DNA from: an uncultured Candidatus Saccharibacteria bacterium
Lineage (GTDB): Bacteria > Patescibacteriota > Minisyncoccia > UBA6257 > 2-01-FULL-56-20
DNA length: 38,081 nt
NCBI GenBank assembly: GCA_964416665.1
Contig: CAYQFA010000001.1
Span: 1 to 38,081, forward strand
Reading direction: 5' to 3'
Below, piece after piece: positions 1-8,285 of the stretch (its first letter is position 1; the number at the start of each line of letters is the position of its first letter). A program made the position numbers and the translations under genes. Below the pieces are notes generated by a model. That model saw nothing but the letters and a program-made list of their open reading frames with translations. It searched no databases and was not told the DNA's origin.

Positions 1-726
1 GGTGGGGGGGGGGGGGGGGGGCAGGGGGGCGGCGGTCACGGTTCATCAGGCGGGGGTGGTGGGCATGGCGTTCCGGTAAACGCAAATGCCAACGCGGCGG
101 CGGGTGGTGGGCATGGCGGCGGAGCGCATGGCGAAGACTATACAAAAGAGCAGGCGTCGGCCGAGCTCGATCGACAAGGGTTTGGCGGTGGAAACACCTC
201 TCAGGCGCCCGCGCAAGCGGCGGGTCCGGCCCAGGCTCCGGCTGAAAGTGCCAAGAATAACGCCGCGGCGAAACTTGACGCCATGGGATTTGGAGGTGGA
301 AACGCCTCAGCGCGCGCGCAAGCCCCAGCGGCAACGGCCTCAGCAGCAATACCACCGACGCAACCCACACAGCCGCGGCATTTCAGCGGCGACATGCACA
401 CCGATCGTCCAAGCACGACGAATTCAAGTAACACGCAACAAACCACTGCTGCCGCACCCGCGACAGGATCCTCATCAGCACCAGCACCGACATCGGCTCG
501 GCCGGTCATAAAAGTGAACGTCGAAGCCCCCGATCAGCCCGACATCAAGATCAATCAACGGACGGCCATTAATGTGAACCAGCCACCGGTTCCGTCGCCG
601 AGCGCCGGGACTCCACATAGCACCCTTGGACGAGGCGTGGTCATCGAGATGAAAAAACCGACGTCCGATACGGGAGCTAAGATCGAGGAAACCAATAGAA
701 CCACTGAAAACGACAAGGCGGCGTAA
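1..726 (+). CDS. 5'-truncated Gly/Ala/Pro/Thr-rich low-complexity protein (hypothetical)
   Basis: Frame 1 is open from nt 1 (GGGGGGGQGGGGHGSSGGGGGHG...) to TAA at 724-726. The listed ORF 283..726 is only its internal-Met tail. Two copies of an (A/K)(E/K)LDxxGFGGGN motif lie at 160-195 and 268-303. No recognisable family. Confidence 0.5.
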   Translation, partial: GGGGGGGQGGGGHGSSGGGGGHGVPVNANANAAAGGGHGGGAHGEDYTKEQASAELDRQGFGGGNTSQAPAQAAGPAQAPAESAKNNAAAKLDAMGFGGGNASARAQAPAATASAAIPPTQPTQPRHFSGDMHTDRPSTTNSSNTQQTTAAAPATGSSSAPAPTSARPVIKVNVEAPDQPDIKINQRTAINVNQPPVPSPSAGTPHSTLGRGVVIEMKKPTSDTGAKIEETNRTTENDKAA

Positions 727-739
727 ATAAAAAATTACC

Positions 740-1852
740 ATGCCAGAAAAACCTCCAGCAAGCGAGAACGATACCGAGCAAAGAGAGGATTCTGATGCCC
801 GCGTCGGGAAATTCGCGGTTTGGGAAACCAATGGCACTCTGCGCTTTAAGGAGCCGAAGCAAATTCGAAGGATAGAGGAGGATCCAAAGTCAAAACAAAA
901 ATTTGCTTTCTTTGACGAATTCCCCACCGGCATCCCATTGGATGAACTGGTCTTTGAAAAATCCGCCGAAGAGTTGGAATCAGAAGAAAAAACAAAGAAC
1001 ACCAAGGGACGGGGTGGCGCTTATTATAGTGTTGACGCTGAACGAGGGCGATATAACGCAAAAAAAGAAAAGCTGTACCAGGAACTTAACAGGATAGCAA
1101 AAGAGGTGAGGGAAATGCCCATTGCAGGAGAACCGCACGAAGAGGGATATGATCCAGAGGCAAAAGCAAGAGCCGAGGCCGAACTTGACCGGCTGGGGTT
1201 CGGAGGTAGGCTGGAAAAAGCCGACAATCTTCAGGAACCCAAAGGAGCAGATGCCGAACAACATCAAGGGCTGAACGAAGCAACCGAGGAAGAGCCGGAG
1301 GAAGATGGCGGGACGAGGAGCGGGCCCCTCAATCCTTTTGCGGGCACGAAAGAGCAACCGCTTACCAAAGGGGAAATTCGCGCCGAAAAATTTCTTTTAG
1401 CGATCGAACGCCAATATGTAAAAATCAAGAACTTTCTCCTTTTCCGCTACAAACCGAAAGATGAGGCGGTGTTGAGAAGGCAGTGTGAAACTCTGGTCAA
1501 AGCGGGGCAAGCGGAATTCGTTGGCACGATGAGAATCCCCAGCGAGGAAGATATGAGAGTGACGCCGAAGAAGAAGAAAAGATTCAAAAAGGTGGACCAC
1601 TATGAAAGCCATACCGAGGGGCATGACGAAAAAAAGAAGGACGACGAGTGGTATGAGGAAGAGGAGGAAACGAAGCACGAAAAATATAAACCATCCTACG
1701 CCGAGTACCGGAGGATAAGGCACATATACGAAGGACACCAAGAGCTGTACTTCACCTACAAGGCCGTAGGCGTTTACGACGAAATAGGGGAGTTCACTGG
1801 GAAGATGCGGCTTTATAAAATCTTTAGAGGACCAAAACATAGTAACGCGTGA
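740..1852 (+). CDS. hypothetical highly charged (E/K/D-rich) soluble protein, first full gene of the T4SS-like operon
   Basis: 370-aa ORF with an ATG 14 nt after the previous stop. No TM segment or signal peptide. Contains AELDRLGFGG (1178-1213), related to the motif in the upstream ORF. No family recognised. Confidence 0.6.
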   Translation: MPEKPPASENDTEQREDSDARVGKFAVWETNGTLRFKEPKQIRRIEEDPKSKQKFAFFDEFPTGIPLDELVFEKSAEELESEEKTKNTKGRGGAYYSVDAERGRYNAKKEKLYQELNRIAKEVREMPIAGEPHEEGYDPEAKARAEAELDRLGFGGRLEKADNLQEPKGADAEQHQGLNEATEEEPEEDGGTRSGPLNPFAGTKEQPLTKGEIRAEKFLLAIERQYVKIKNFLLFRYKPKDEAVLRRQCETLVKAGQAEFVGTMRIPSEEDMRVTPKKKKRFKKVDHYESHTEGHDEKKKDDEWYEEEEETKHEKYKPSYAEYRRIRHIYEGHQELYFTYKAVGVYDEIGEFTGKMRLYKIFRGPKHSNA

Positions 1853-1865
1853 TATACTTAAACCA

Positions 1866-3041
1866 ATGATCCCCGTCGATAAACTCACTGAGAAAAATAT
1901 TGAAAAGCGTTTTGGTATCTTGCCGCCGGCGCTGAAAAAAGCGCTTACTTCTGACGCCAATCAAAAAATGGCATTGCGAATCTGCCAAGACAACCAGATC
2001 AACAACGAAGAAGAGATTCTTATTGTCCAACAGCTCGCCGCATTGGTAATCCTAGGATTTCTTCATCCTGACGACCTCGGCGACGAGATCAATGATGAAT
2101 TGGCTCTTGGTGATCCACAGCGCGCCGACGCCATAGCGGAAGATTTCAATGCCAAGTTATTTTCTCCTCTGCGATCCGATTTGGATGAGAACTATAAGCC
2201 GCTCTCGGGGACCGTATCGAAACCGGCGCCGGCAGTTTTTGCCCCACAAAAAAATTCCAAACCGTTCGTTGTCGATACTTTTTCAGCGCCACCGACCGCA
2301 CCAAAAAAAGACGAGTCTGATAAGGGCTGGTCCAAAGCGCGTTCGACGACGACGGTGGTCGCAACCGATGTTTCAAGACCCGCTTCTTTCGCAAATATTC
2401 CGAAGCCTGCGCCGGTATCACCCACCTCACCCATTCCATCCATAACGCCCGTGGCGCCCGTCGCTCCAAATATCTCACAGCCGCCAACCATCCCGGCGGC
2501 ATCGAAAGCTCCGGCCGAACCGGCGCCGATGATGATGGCGGGAACAAGATTCAGTAGTGCGCCACAAAAAAATTCTGATTTCCATCTTTCAAACATAAAC
2601 AGCGGGGCGCAGGTGACATTCGAGCAGGCGAAGCCGCAGGAAAAGGTGATGCCAGCCGTCATTGAATTCCCTAAGCCGACACAGACTACTCCATTAAGAC
2701 CATCACCATCGGTTCCACCGACGGCGGCGAAAGGCGCGATCCATTACACGGAGTTTGCGCCGACATTTAAGGTGGCGCCCGCGGCAAATTCGGGAGCGCG
2801 GAACGTGACCGAGATCACTTCGAGCGCAAAACCGCCCCTGGCGCCGCCGATTCCCATGCCACCCGCCGCACCAAAACCGGTGACGTTCGCCACGACCATC
2901 GTGCCGCCCGTACAAGTGCCCGCAACGCCTCCGAAACCGCCGACGCCAACTCCATCAGCATCTCCAACAGCTCCCTCGCCGCTGGCGCAGCAACCCCCAC
3001 AACCGCCCAAAGCAAAAGTGATCACAAAAGATTTTCTTTAG
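1866..3041 (+). CDS. hypothetical protein: ~110-aa N-terminal globular region followed by a ~280-aa Pro/Ala/Thr/Ser-rich extended region
   Basis: 391-aa ORF in tight operon spacing. The C-terminal two thirds is PxP-rich low complexity (…PPKPPTPTPSASPTAPSPLAQQPPQPPKAK). Confidence 0.6.
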   Translation: MIPVDKLTEKNIEKRFGILPPALKKALTSDANQKMALRICQDNQINNEEEILIVQQLAALVILGFLHPDDLGDEINDELALGDPQRADAIAEDFNAKLFSPLRSDLDENYKPLSGTVSKPAPAVFAPQKNSKPFVVDTFSAPPTAPKKDESDKGWSKARSTTTVVATDVSRPASFANIPKPAPVSPTSPIPSITPVAPVAPNISQPPTIPAASKAPAEPAPMMMAGTRFSSAPQKNSDFHLSNINSGAQVTFEQAKPQEKVMPAVIEFPKPTQTTPLRPSPSVPPTAAKGAIHYTEFAPTFKVAPAANSGARNVTEITSSAKPPLAPPIPMPPAAPKPVTFATTIVPPVQVPATPPKPPTPTPSASPTAPSPLAQQPPQPPKAKVITKDFL

Positions 3042-3096
3042 CCCGATCAGGACTCGGCGCTTGTTCGTTGCCGCTCCATCGTCTAGAATCTAAGTA

Positions 3097-3591
3097 ATGC
3101 AGTTTCAAGTACCTCAATTCATCGACACCGAGGACAAAGTTGTCGGACCCTTCTCGCTCCGGCAGTTTATGTATATCGGCATTGCCGGGTTCCTCAGCGC
3201 GATCTTTTATTTTTTCGTCCAGACGTGGCTCTTTGTCATTATGGCGATAATTTTTCTCGGCACCGCCGGAGCGATCGCCTTCGTGAAGATCAACGGCCAA
3301 CCGGTCGCCAAAATAATCGCTGCGGCCGTGAATTTCTACTGGAAACCCCAAGTGTATATCTGGAGGTCGGAAGCGGCGCCGATATCGCAAAAAAACGCCA
3401 CGCACGAGGGCGGTTTCTCGCTCGAGGCCGTCGCGTCGGGAATGGCGCTCCATAAAAGCTGGGAGGGCCTTCAAACGGGCACCAAGATTCCGGATCGCGC
3501 ATCTATCGAGCAGAAAATTGGCGCGCGCTATCAAATACTTGAGCGGGTAACGGGCGACCGACAGGCCGCAAAGCGCGTCGACTATCGCTAA
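3097..3591 (+). CDS. PrgI-family (VirB3-like) membrane protein of Gram-positive-type T4SS
   Basis: The N-terminus MQFQVPQFIDTEDKVVGPFSLRQFMYIG followed by two hydrophobic helices is the pattern I recall for the PrgI family (Pfam PF12666). The gene sits immediately upstream of VirB4. Confidence 0.7.
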   Translation: MQFQVPQFIDTEDKVVGPFSLRQFMYIGIAGFLSAIFYFFVQTWLFVIMAIIFLGTAGAIAFVKINGQPVAKIIAAAVNFYWKPQVYIWRSEAAPISQKNATHEGGFSLEAVASGMALHKSWEGLQTGTKIPDRASIEQKIGARYQILERVTGDRQAAKRVDYR

Positions 3592-3619
3592 GCGGAGCAA
3601 ATTGTGAGATAATAAGACC

Positions 3620-4315
3620 ATGGCGACCCCATTAAAACAGGATGCGGGCAATTCCCTTGACCTCGTTGACATCAAAGAGATCAAGAGCAGCACCGTGATC
3701 GTCAAGGACGGTAGTTTCCGCCAGATCATCATGGTCGGCGGCCTTAATTTTTCACTCAAGTCCGAATCGGAGCAATCGATCATCACGGGAGGATATCAGA
3801 CGTTCTTGAACAGCATAGACTTCCCACTGCAGATCCTCATCCACTCCCGGAAAGTGAATATTGATGGGTATATCGCCACACTTACCGCGCGAAGGGATGA
3901 GGAAAAAACGGCGATACTTCAAAACCAAATAGACGAATATATAAATTTCATAAAGGGGTTTGTTGAAAAGAACGCCATTATGGAGAAGATTTTCCTAGTG
4001 GTGATCTCGTACCATCCGAATGCGATCAGCGGGGGAGTGAAGAGCGTCCAAAGCTCCCTTTCGTTGCCATTCTTCGGCGGTGGCAAAAAAAAGGATGATG
4101 CGAGCGCAAAGGCGAAGGTGAAAGAAGACGCTGATAAGGTGTTTGCGGAGCAATTGGCGCAAATGGGCCAGCGAACCACGCAAGCCATCAACGGCCTCGA
4201 GAGCATCGGCCTTGAGACGACCCTCTTGAACGACGAACAACTGATTGAACTTTTTTATAATTTTTACAACCCACAGACCATCGAAAAGAAAACCGTACCG
4301 AGCACCGCTCAATAA
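3620..4315 (+). CDS. VirB4 N-terminal-domain-like protein (separate ORF)
   Basis: The motif DLVDIKEIKSSTVIVKDGSFRQIIMVGGLNFSLKSESEQ…FLNSIDFPLQILIHSRKV resembles the N-terminal ~200 aa of Gram-positive VirB4/ConE/Orf16-type ATPases. The ORF ends at TAA 4313-4315, 5 nt before the ATPase ORF and in a different frame. Confidence 0.6.
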   Translation: MATPLKQDAGNSLDLVDIKEIKSSTVIVKDGSFRQIIMVGGLNFSLKSESEQSIITGGYQTFLNSIDFPLQILIHSRKVNIDGYIATLTARRDEEKTAILQNQIDEYINFIKGFVEKNAIMEKIFLVVISYHPNAISGGVKSVQSSLSLPFFGGGKKKDDASAKAKVKEDADKVFAEQLAQMGQRTTQAINGLESIGLETTLLNDEQLIELFYNFYNPQTIEKKTVPSTAQ

Positions 4316-4320
4316 TCACC

Positions 4321-6048
4321 ATGCCAGACGAACAAGACAACAAGCCGCAAGATGTAAAAAAGATCATCGCTCCCGCAGGAGCGCAGGTCTCTCCGAACTC
4401 TCTGAAGATCGGCGACAAGATCGCGAAAACTTTCTTTATCCTTTCTTACCCCCGCTATCTTTCGACCGGCTGGTTCGAGCCGATCATCAATCTGCCGAAC
4501 TTGTTCGATGTCGCCATTTTCATCAATCCCGTCGATACCGGCATCGCGCTTAAAAATCTTCGCAAGAAGGCTGGCCAGCTGGAATCGGAAATGAATGAGG
4601 AACAGCAAAAAGGCCTTGTGAGAAATCCGGTGCTCGAGACGGCCATCAACGACGTCGAAGGGCTGCGCGACTCGCTCCAACAGTCGCAGGAAAAAATGTT
4701 CAACACCGGGGTGTACCTCACTATTTATGCGGACGATCAGGACGAGCTCGCGCGGCTGGAAAGTAAGATAACCACGATGATGGAGGCTAAGCTTATTTAT
4801 ATCAAACCGGCGCTCTTCCAGCAGCTTGAAGGACTTTCCTCCATTCTTCCGCTGGCGAATGACCAGCTGCAGGTATATAACCCGATGAACACGAGCCCGA
4901 TTTCGTCGTTCTTCCCGTTCGTCTCCGAAGATCTCTCCTCCAACCAGGGCATCATGTATGGCATTAATCTGAACAACAACAACCTCGTCATTTTTGACCG
5001 CTTCTCGCTTGAAAATGCGAATCAGGTGGTGTTCGCAAAGTCCGGATCGGGAAAATCGTACACGACAAAACTCGAGATCATCCGTTCGCTCATGGCCGGC
5101 GTGGAGATGGTCCTTGTGATCGACCCAGAAAATGAATATGGGAAACTTGCCGAGACCTTTGGCGGAAGCATGTTCAATATTTCCCTTTCCTCCCACGAGC
5201 ACATCAACCCATTCGAGATCCCCGTCATCCCCGAGGGAGAGTCGCCGTCGGACGTGCTCCGCTCCCACATCGTCACGCTTGCAGGTCTCATCAAACTGAT
5301 GGTCGGCAAAATAACACCGGAAGAGGACGCCATCCTCGACCGCGCCATCAGCGAAACCTACGCCTCGCGCGAGATCGTCCCCGGCGCCGACTTCGCCGGC
5401 AAAGAGCCTCCGCTTTTAAGCGACCTTGAAACGGTCTTGCGCAACCTTGATGGCGGAAAGGAGGTCGCCGAGCGGCTTTATAAATACACCAAAGGCAGCT
5501 TCTCCGGCTTTTTGAATCAGCCGACCAACATTGACGTCAACAACCGCCTCATTATCTTTTCTATCCGCGATCTCGAGGAAGAGCTGCGGCCCATCGGCAT
5601 GTTCGTCGTCCTTAATTTCATTTGGAACATCATTCGCGCAAAACTCGCCAAGCGACTCCTTTATATTGACGAGGCATGGATCATGATGAAGAACGACGAC
5701 AGCGCGACCTTCTTGTTCGGCCTCGTAAAGCGCGCCCGCAAATATTACCTCGGCGTCACCACGATCACGCAAGATGTGGAAGATTTCCTGCGCTCGCCGT
5801 ACGGCAGGCCGATCGTCACGAATTCGTCGCTGCAGTTGTTGCTCAAGCAAGCTCCCGCCACCATCGATATTGTTGCGAAAGCGTTCGAGCTCACCGACGC
5901 GGAAAAGAACTTTCTTCTTGGCGCGGAGGTCGGCACCGGCATCTTCTTTGCCGGCAAACGCCACGTAGCGATCCAGATCGTCCCGTCATATTTTGAGGAT
6001 CAAATCATCACCACCAATCCGGAGCAGCTACTCGAAGAAAAAGAGTAG
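4321..6048 (+). CDS. virB4: VirB4-family type IV secretion ATPase (central and C-terminal ATPase part)
   Basis: Has LKIGDKIAKTFFILSYPRYLSTGWFEPII, typical of the Gram-positive VirB4 mid-region. Walker A is AKSGSGKSYTTK and Walker B is RLLYIDEAW. Length is 575 aa. Confidence 0.85.
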   Translation: MPDEQDNKPQDVKKIIAPAGAQVSPNSLKIGDKIAKTFFILSYPRYLSTGWFEPIINLPNLFDVAIFINPVDTGIALKNLRKKAGQLESEMNEEQQKGLVRNPVLETAINDVEGLRDSLQQSQEKMFNTGVYLTIYADDQDELARLESKITTMMEAKLIYIKPALFQQLEGLSSILPLANDQLQVYNPMNTSPISSFFPFVSEDLSSNQGIMYGINLNNNNLVIFDRFSLENANQVVFAKSGSGKSYTTKLEIIRSLMAGVEMVLVIDPENEYGKLAETFGGSMFNISLSSHEHINPFEIPVIPEGESPSDVLRSHIVTLAGLIKLMVGKITPEEDAILDRAISETYASREIVPGADFAGKEPPLLSDLETVLRNLDGGKEVAERLYKYTKGSFSGFLNQPTNIDVNNRLIIFSIRDLEEELRPIGMFVVLNFIWNIIRAKLAKRLLYIDEAWIMMKNDDSATFLFGLVKRARKYYLGVTTITQDVEDFLRSPYGRPIVTNSSLQLLLKQAPATIDIVAKAFELTDAEKNFLLGAEVGTGIFFAGKRHVAIQIVPSYFEDQIITTNPEQLLEEKE

Positions 6049-6060
6049 CTCTATCCTACC

Positions 6061-6753
6061 ATGGAAGAAAATTCTCAATCAGAGATTTCCGCCGTAACCT
6101 GGATATTGGTCTTCGTTGTTTGTGTCATTTTTGATGTCTTGAGTTTGATACCTATTGTGGGCGACATAGAGGATATCCCAGCGGCAATCATCTTTATTCT
6201 CAATCTAGTCTTCGGAGTCGGGAGCGCTCTTTTGATCGTGCAGGGAATCGTCATGGTGCTTAAGGCCATCCCGGGCCTGCAAGAACTTCCGTTGTGGACC
6301 GCTGGGGCCATCGTCGCTTTGATTCTTGAAAAGATTCCGGCCGCAAAACCCGCCTTGCAGGTTGCCCAGGAAGCCGGAGCGGTCGAGGGAGGTGGTGCGG
6401 GCGAGATCGGCGAAGCTGGAGCTGCCGCCGAAGGCGTTGCGGCCGGTGCCGAAGAGGCGGGAGGGGCTGCGGCGCAAGCAGGGACGACCGTGGAGGGTGG
6501 CGCCGCTCAAGGAGGCATCCAAGGCGAAGGCGCTGCGGCTGGAGGAGCGCCGGAAGGCGCCGAAGCGGAACAGGCGCCGTCAGGCGAGAACCCCGAGGGT
6601 CTTGGCGAAGAGGGAGGAGACGCGATGAAGAATCTCCAGGAAAATCTTCTGGAGCCGGCATCAGAAGAAGAAGCGCCACCGGCACCAGGTCCCTACCAGG
6701 AGGACAAAGAAAGCGACGAGGATGAGGACGATGAGCTCCCTTTGGCGGCATAG
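6061..6753 (+). CDS. membrane protein (about 3 TM helices) with a long Gly/Ala/Glu-rich polyacidic tail
   Basis: The N-terminal ~100 aa are hydrophobic (VTWILVFVVCVIFDVLSLIPIVG…). The following ~130 aa are G/A/E low complexity ending in DKESDEDEDDELPLAA. No family recognised. Confidence 0.6.
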   Translation: MEENSQSEISAVTWILVFVVCVIFDVLSLIPIVGDIEDIPAAIIFILNLVFGVGSALLIVQGIVMVLKAIPGLQELPLWTAGAIVALILEKIPAAKPALQVAQEAGAVEGGGAGEIGEAGAAAEGVAAGAEEAGGAAAQAGTTVEGGAAQGGIQGEGAAAGGAPEGAEAEQAPSGENPEGLGEEGGDAMKNLQENLLEPASEEEAPPAPGPYQEDKESDEDEDDELPLAA

Positions 6754-6806
6754 ACCAACACGGCATCGGGCGGGTATAACTGGCGTAAGAATATTTTTTG
6801 CGATTT

Positions 6807-6815
6807 TGGTATAAT
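6807..6815 (+). promoter_or_regulatory. extended -10 promoter element (TGgTATAAT) internal to the operon
   Basis: The sequence ttTGgTATAAT lies 13 nt upstream of the ATG at 6828, in the only >50-nt gap of the operon. Confidence 0.4.
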
Positions 6816-6827
6816 AAAAGCAATCAC

Positions 6828-7538
6828 ATGAAAAGGAGTTTCGTTTTGGAAAAGCTTATTCTGATGGGATTGCTCTCTTTGGGATTCTTCGCAGTAGCCA
6901 CGCCATTTGTACACGCGCAAACATCGTCCGATCCCCAGTTCCTTGTGACATGGAAGGCCGTCGGAAGCTACGTTCCTCCCTCTTATGTCGGCAAAGCTCT
7001 TCCGTCGTATGGGTCCAACATCACCGCCTCATTTGAGTTGGTTTCCCAGGGAAAGATACTTAATATACAGAACGAGACCATTTATTGGTATCTTGATGAT
7101 AACTTGATCGGCGGCGGAGAAGGTATCCAAAACATCACATTTCCTCCCGTTGGGGCAGCGCCAGACTCCCTTGAGCTAAAAATCCAATTGCCGGACTACG
7201 CAGGCGGTTACCTCACCCACACGATCGAGATTCCTTTCGTGACCCCGCAGGTGGTTCTCTATTCGCCATTCCCCGGCTCCAAGTTTTCGGCAAATCCCTT
7301 GACCATATCAGCCCTCCCTTATTTCTTCAACGTCTCATCAACGTCTAATCTTTCATACACGTGGGCAGTGAACGGACAGACGGGGGGTGGAGCTGAAAAC
7401 CCTGAAGAAGCGCAGGTTACGCTTCCGGCGGGGACGCCGGCGGGAACCGGTATTGATGTTTCGGTCAAGGTTGAAAATCCCATCGGCTCGACCATTGCCA
7501 CGGCGGACGAAAATTTGGTTTACGAAAATCAATTATGA
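6828..7538 (+). CDS. secreted protein with two tandem beta-sandwich-like repeats (hypothetical)
   Basis: The ATG at 6828 gives MKRSFVLEKLILMGLLSLGFFAVATPFVHA, a signal peptide; the track start 6798 is a TTG. There is an internal duplication: PQFLVTW…YWYLDDNLIGGGEG versus PQVVLYS…YTWAVNGQTGGGAE. The stop overlaps the next start (ATGA). Confidence 0.65.
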   Translation: MKRSFVLEKLILMGLLSLGFFAVATPFVHAQTSSDPQFLVTWKAVGSYVPPSYVGKALPSYGSNITASFELVSQGKILNIQNETIYWYLDDNLIGGGEGIQNITFPPVGAAPDSLELKIQLPDYAGGYLTHTIEIPFVTPQVVLYSPFPGSKFSANPLTISALPYFFNVSSTSNLSYTWAVNGQTGGGAENPEEAQVTLPAGTPAGTGIDVSVKVENPIGSTIATADENLVYENQL

Positions 7539-8281
7539 GAACGCTTTTAAGTTTCACCATCTTTATAATATTGGCCGCGGGGATGGTGGGACAAGTTTCC
7601 ACGGTCCACGCTGTCACGATCTCTGCCGTCATCCCCGGCTCTAACTCGAGCGCGGGGACTACGGGGACTGCCGGTCCCGGCGATTACATCGCTAATTTCT
7701 ATCAGTTCGCATTGTTGATCGGCGGGGTTCTCGCTCTCGCGGTCGTGGTCTATGGCGGTATTCTTTATATGTCCTCGGTAGGGAATCCTTCAGGGCAAAG
7801 CGAGGCAAAGGCATGGCTCTTGGCTGCTTTATGGGGCATCCTGCTTCTTGCCGGAGCCTATCTCATCCTCAAGATCATCAACCCCCAGTTGGTGAACCTG
7901 ACCCTGCCGAGTCTGCAAAGTACGGGGCCAACGGCGAACCAAGTGACGGTGCCGGGTTCAACAACCGCTGGAACAACATCTGGCGGGAGTAGTAATCCTA
8001 GCACTGGCAATGCTCCAGCCGCCTCGACATGCCAGGCAACTTCCAATGGTGGCAGCAGCGGGAGTTGCCAAAGCCTCCCTGATGGCACAGTCCAGAATTG
8101 CTGCAATACTAATGGTAGTGCGGTCTGCCAAACAAACGCATGCGCCGCCGCTACGCCTGCTTGCGGATCCACTGACTCACAAGGAAACTCGCAAAATGGA
8201 TATTGCTCGTCCGGTTATTGCTATTCTTATATAGGATTTAGTCAAAAGACTATTTGGAACTGCAAAACTACTGTTTTATAA
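7535..8281 (+). CDS. T4SS pilin (TrbC/VirB2-like, PF18895-type) with Cys-rich C-terminal extension
   Basis: A signal peptide is followed by two hydrophobic helices (FYQFALLIGGVLALAVVVYGGILYM … AWLLAALWGILLLAGAYLILKIINPQL), as in CPR 'T4SS pilin' proteins. The last ~85 aa contain 10 Cys. Confidence 0.7.
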   Translation: MRTLLSFTIFIILAAGMVGQVSTVHAVTISAVIPGSNSSAGTTGTAGPGDYIANFYQFALLIGGVLALAVVVYGGILYMSSVGNPSGQSEAKAWLLAALWGILLLAGAYLILKIINPQLVNLTLPSLQSTGPTANQVTVPGSTTAGTTSGGSSNPSTGNAPAASTCQATSNGGSSGSCQSLPDGTVQNCCNTNGSAVCQTNACAAATPACGSTDSQGNSQNGYCSSGYCYSYIGFSQKTIWNCKTTVL

Positions 8282-8285
8282 ACAC

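Noticed and set aside
4-21. An 18-nt poly-G homopolymer at the extreme 5' end. I considered it as a phase-variable tract or G-quadruplex.
   Set aside because: It sits at the very edge of the window or contig, where poly-G is a common sequencing or assembly artefact. The surrounding Gly-rich coding sequence uses mixed GGN codons, so the protein call does not depend on it. Its length cannot be evaluated without reads.
86-511. Alternative-frame ORFs 86..511(+) and 201..509(-) in the first 700 nt.
   Set aside because: Frame 1 is open from nt 1 through 726 and gives a coherent Gly/Ala/Pro-rich protein in operon register with the next gene. The others are Arg-rich frame shadows of the same GC-rich repeat.
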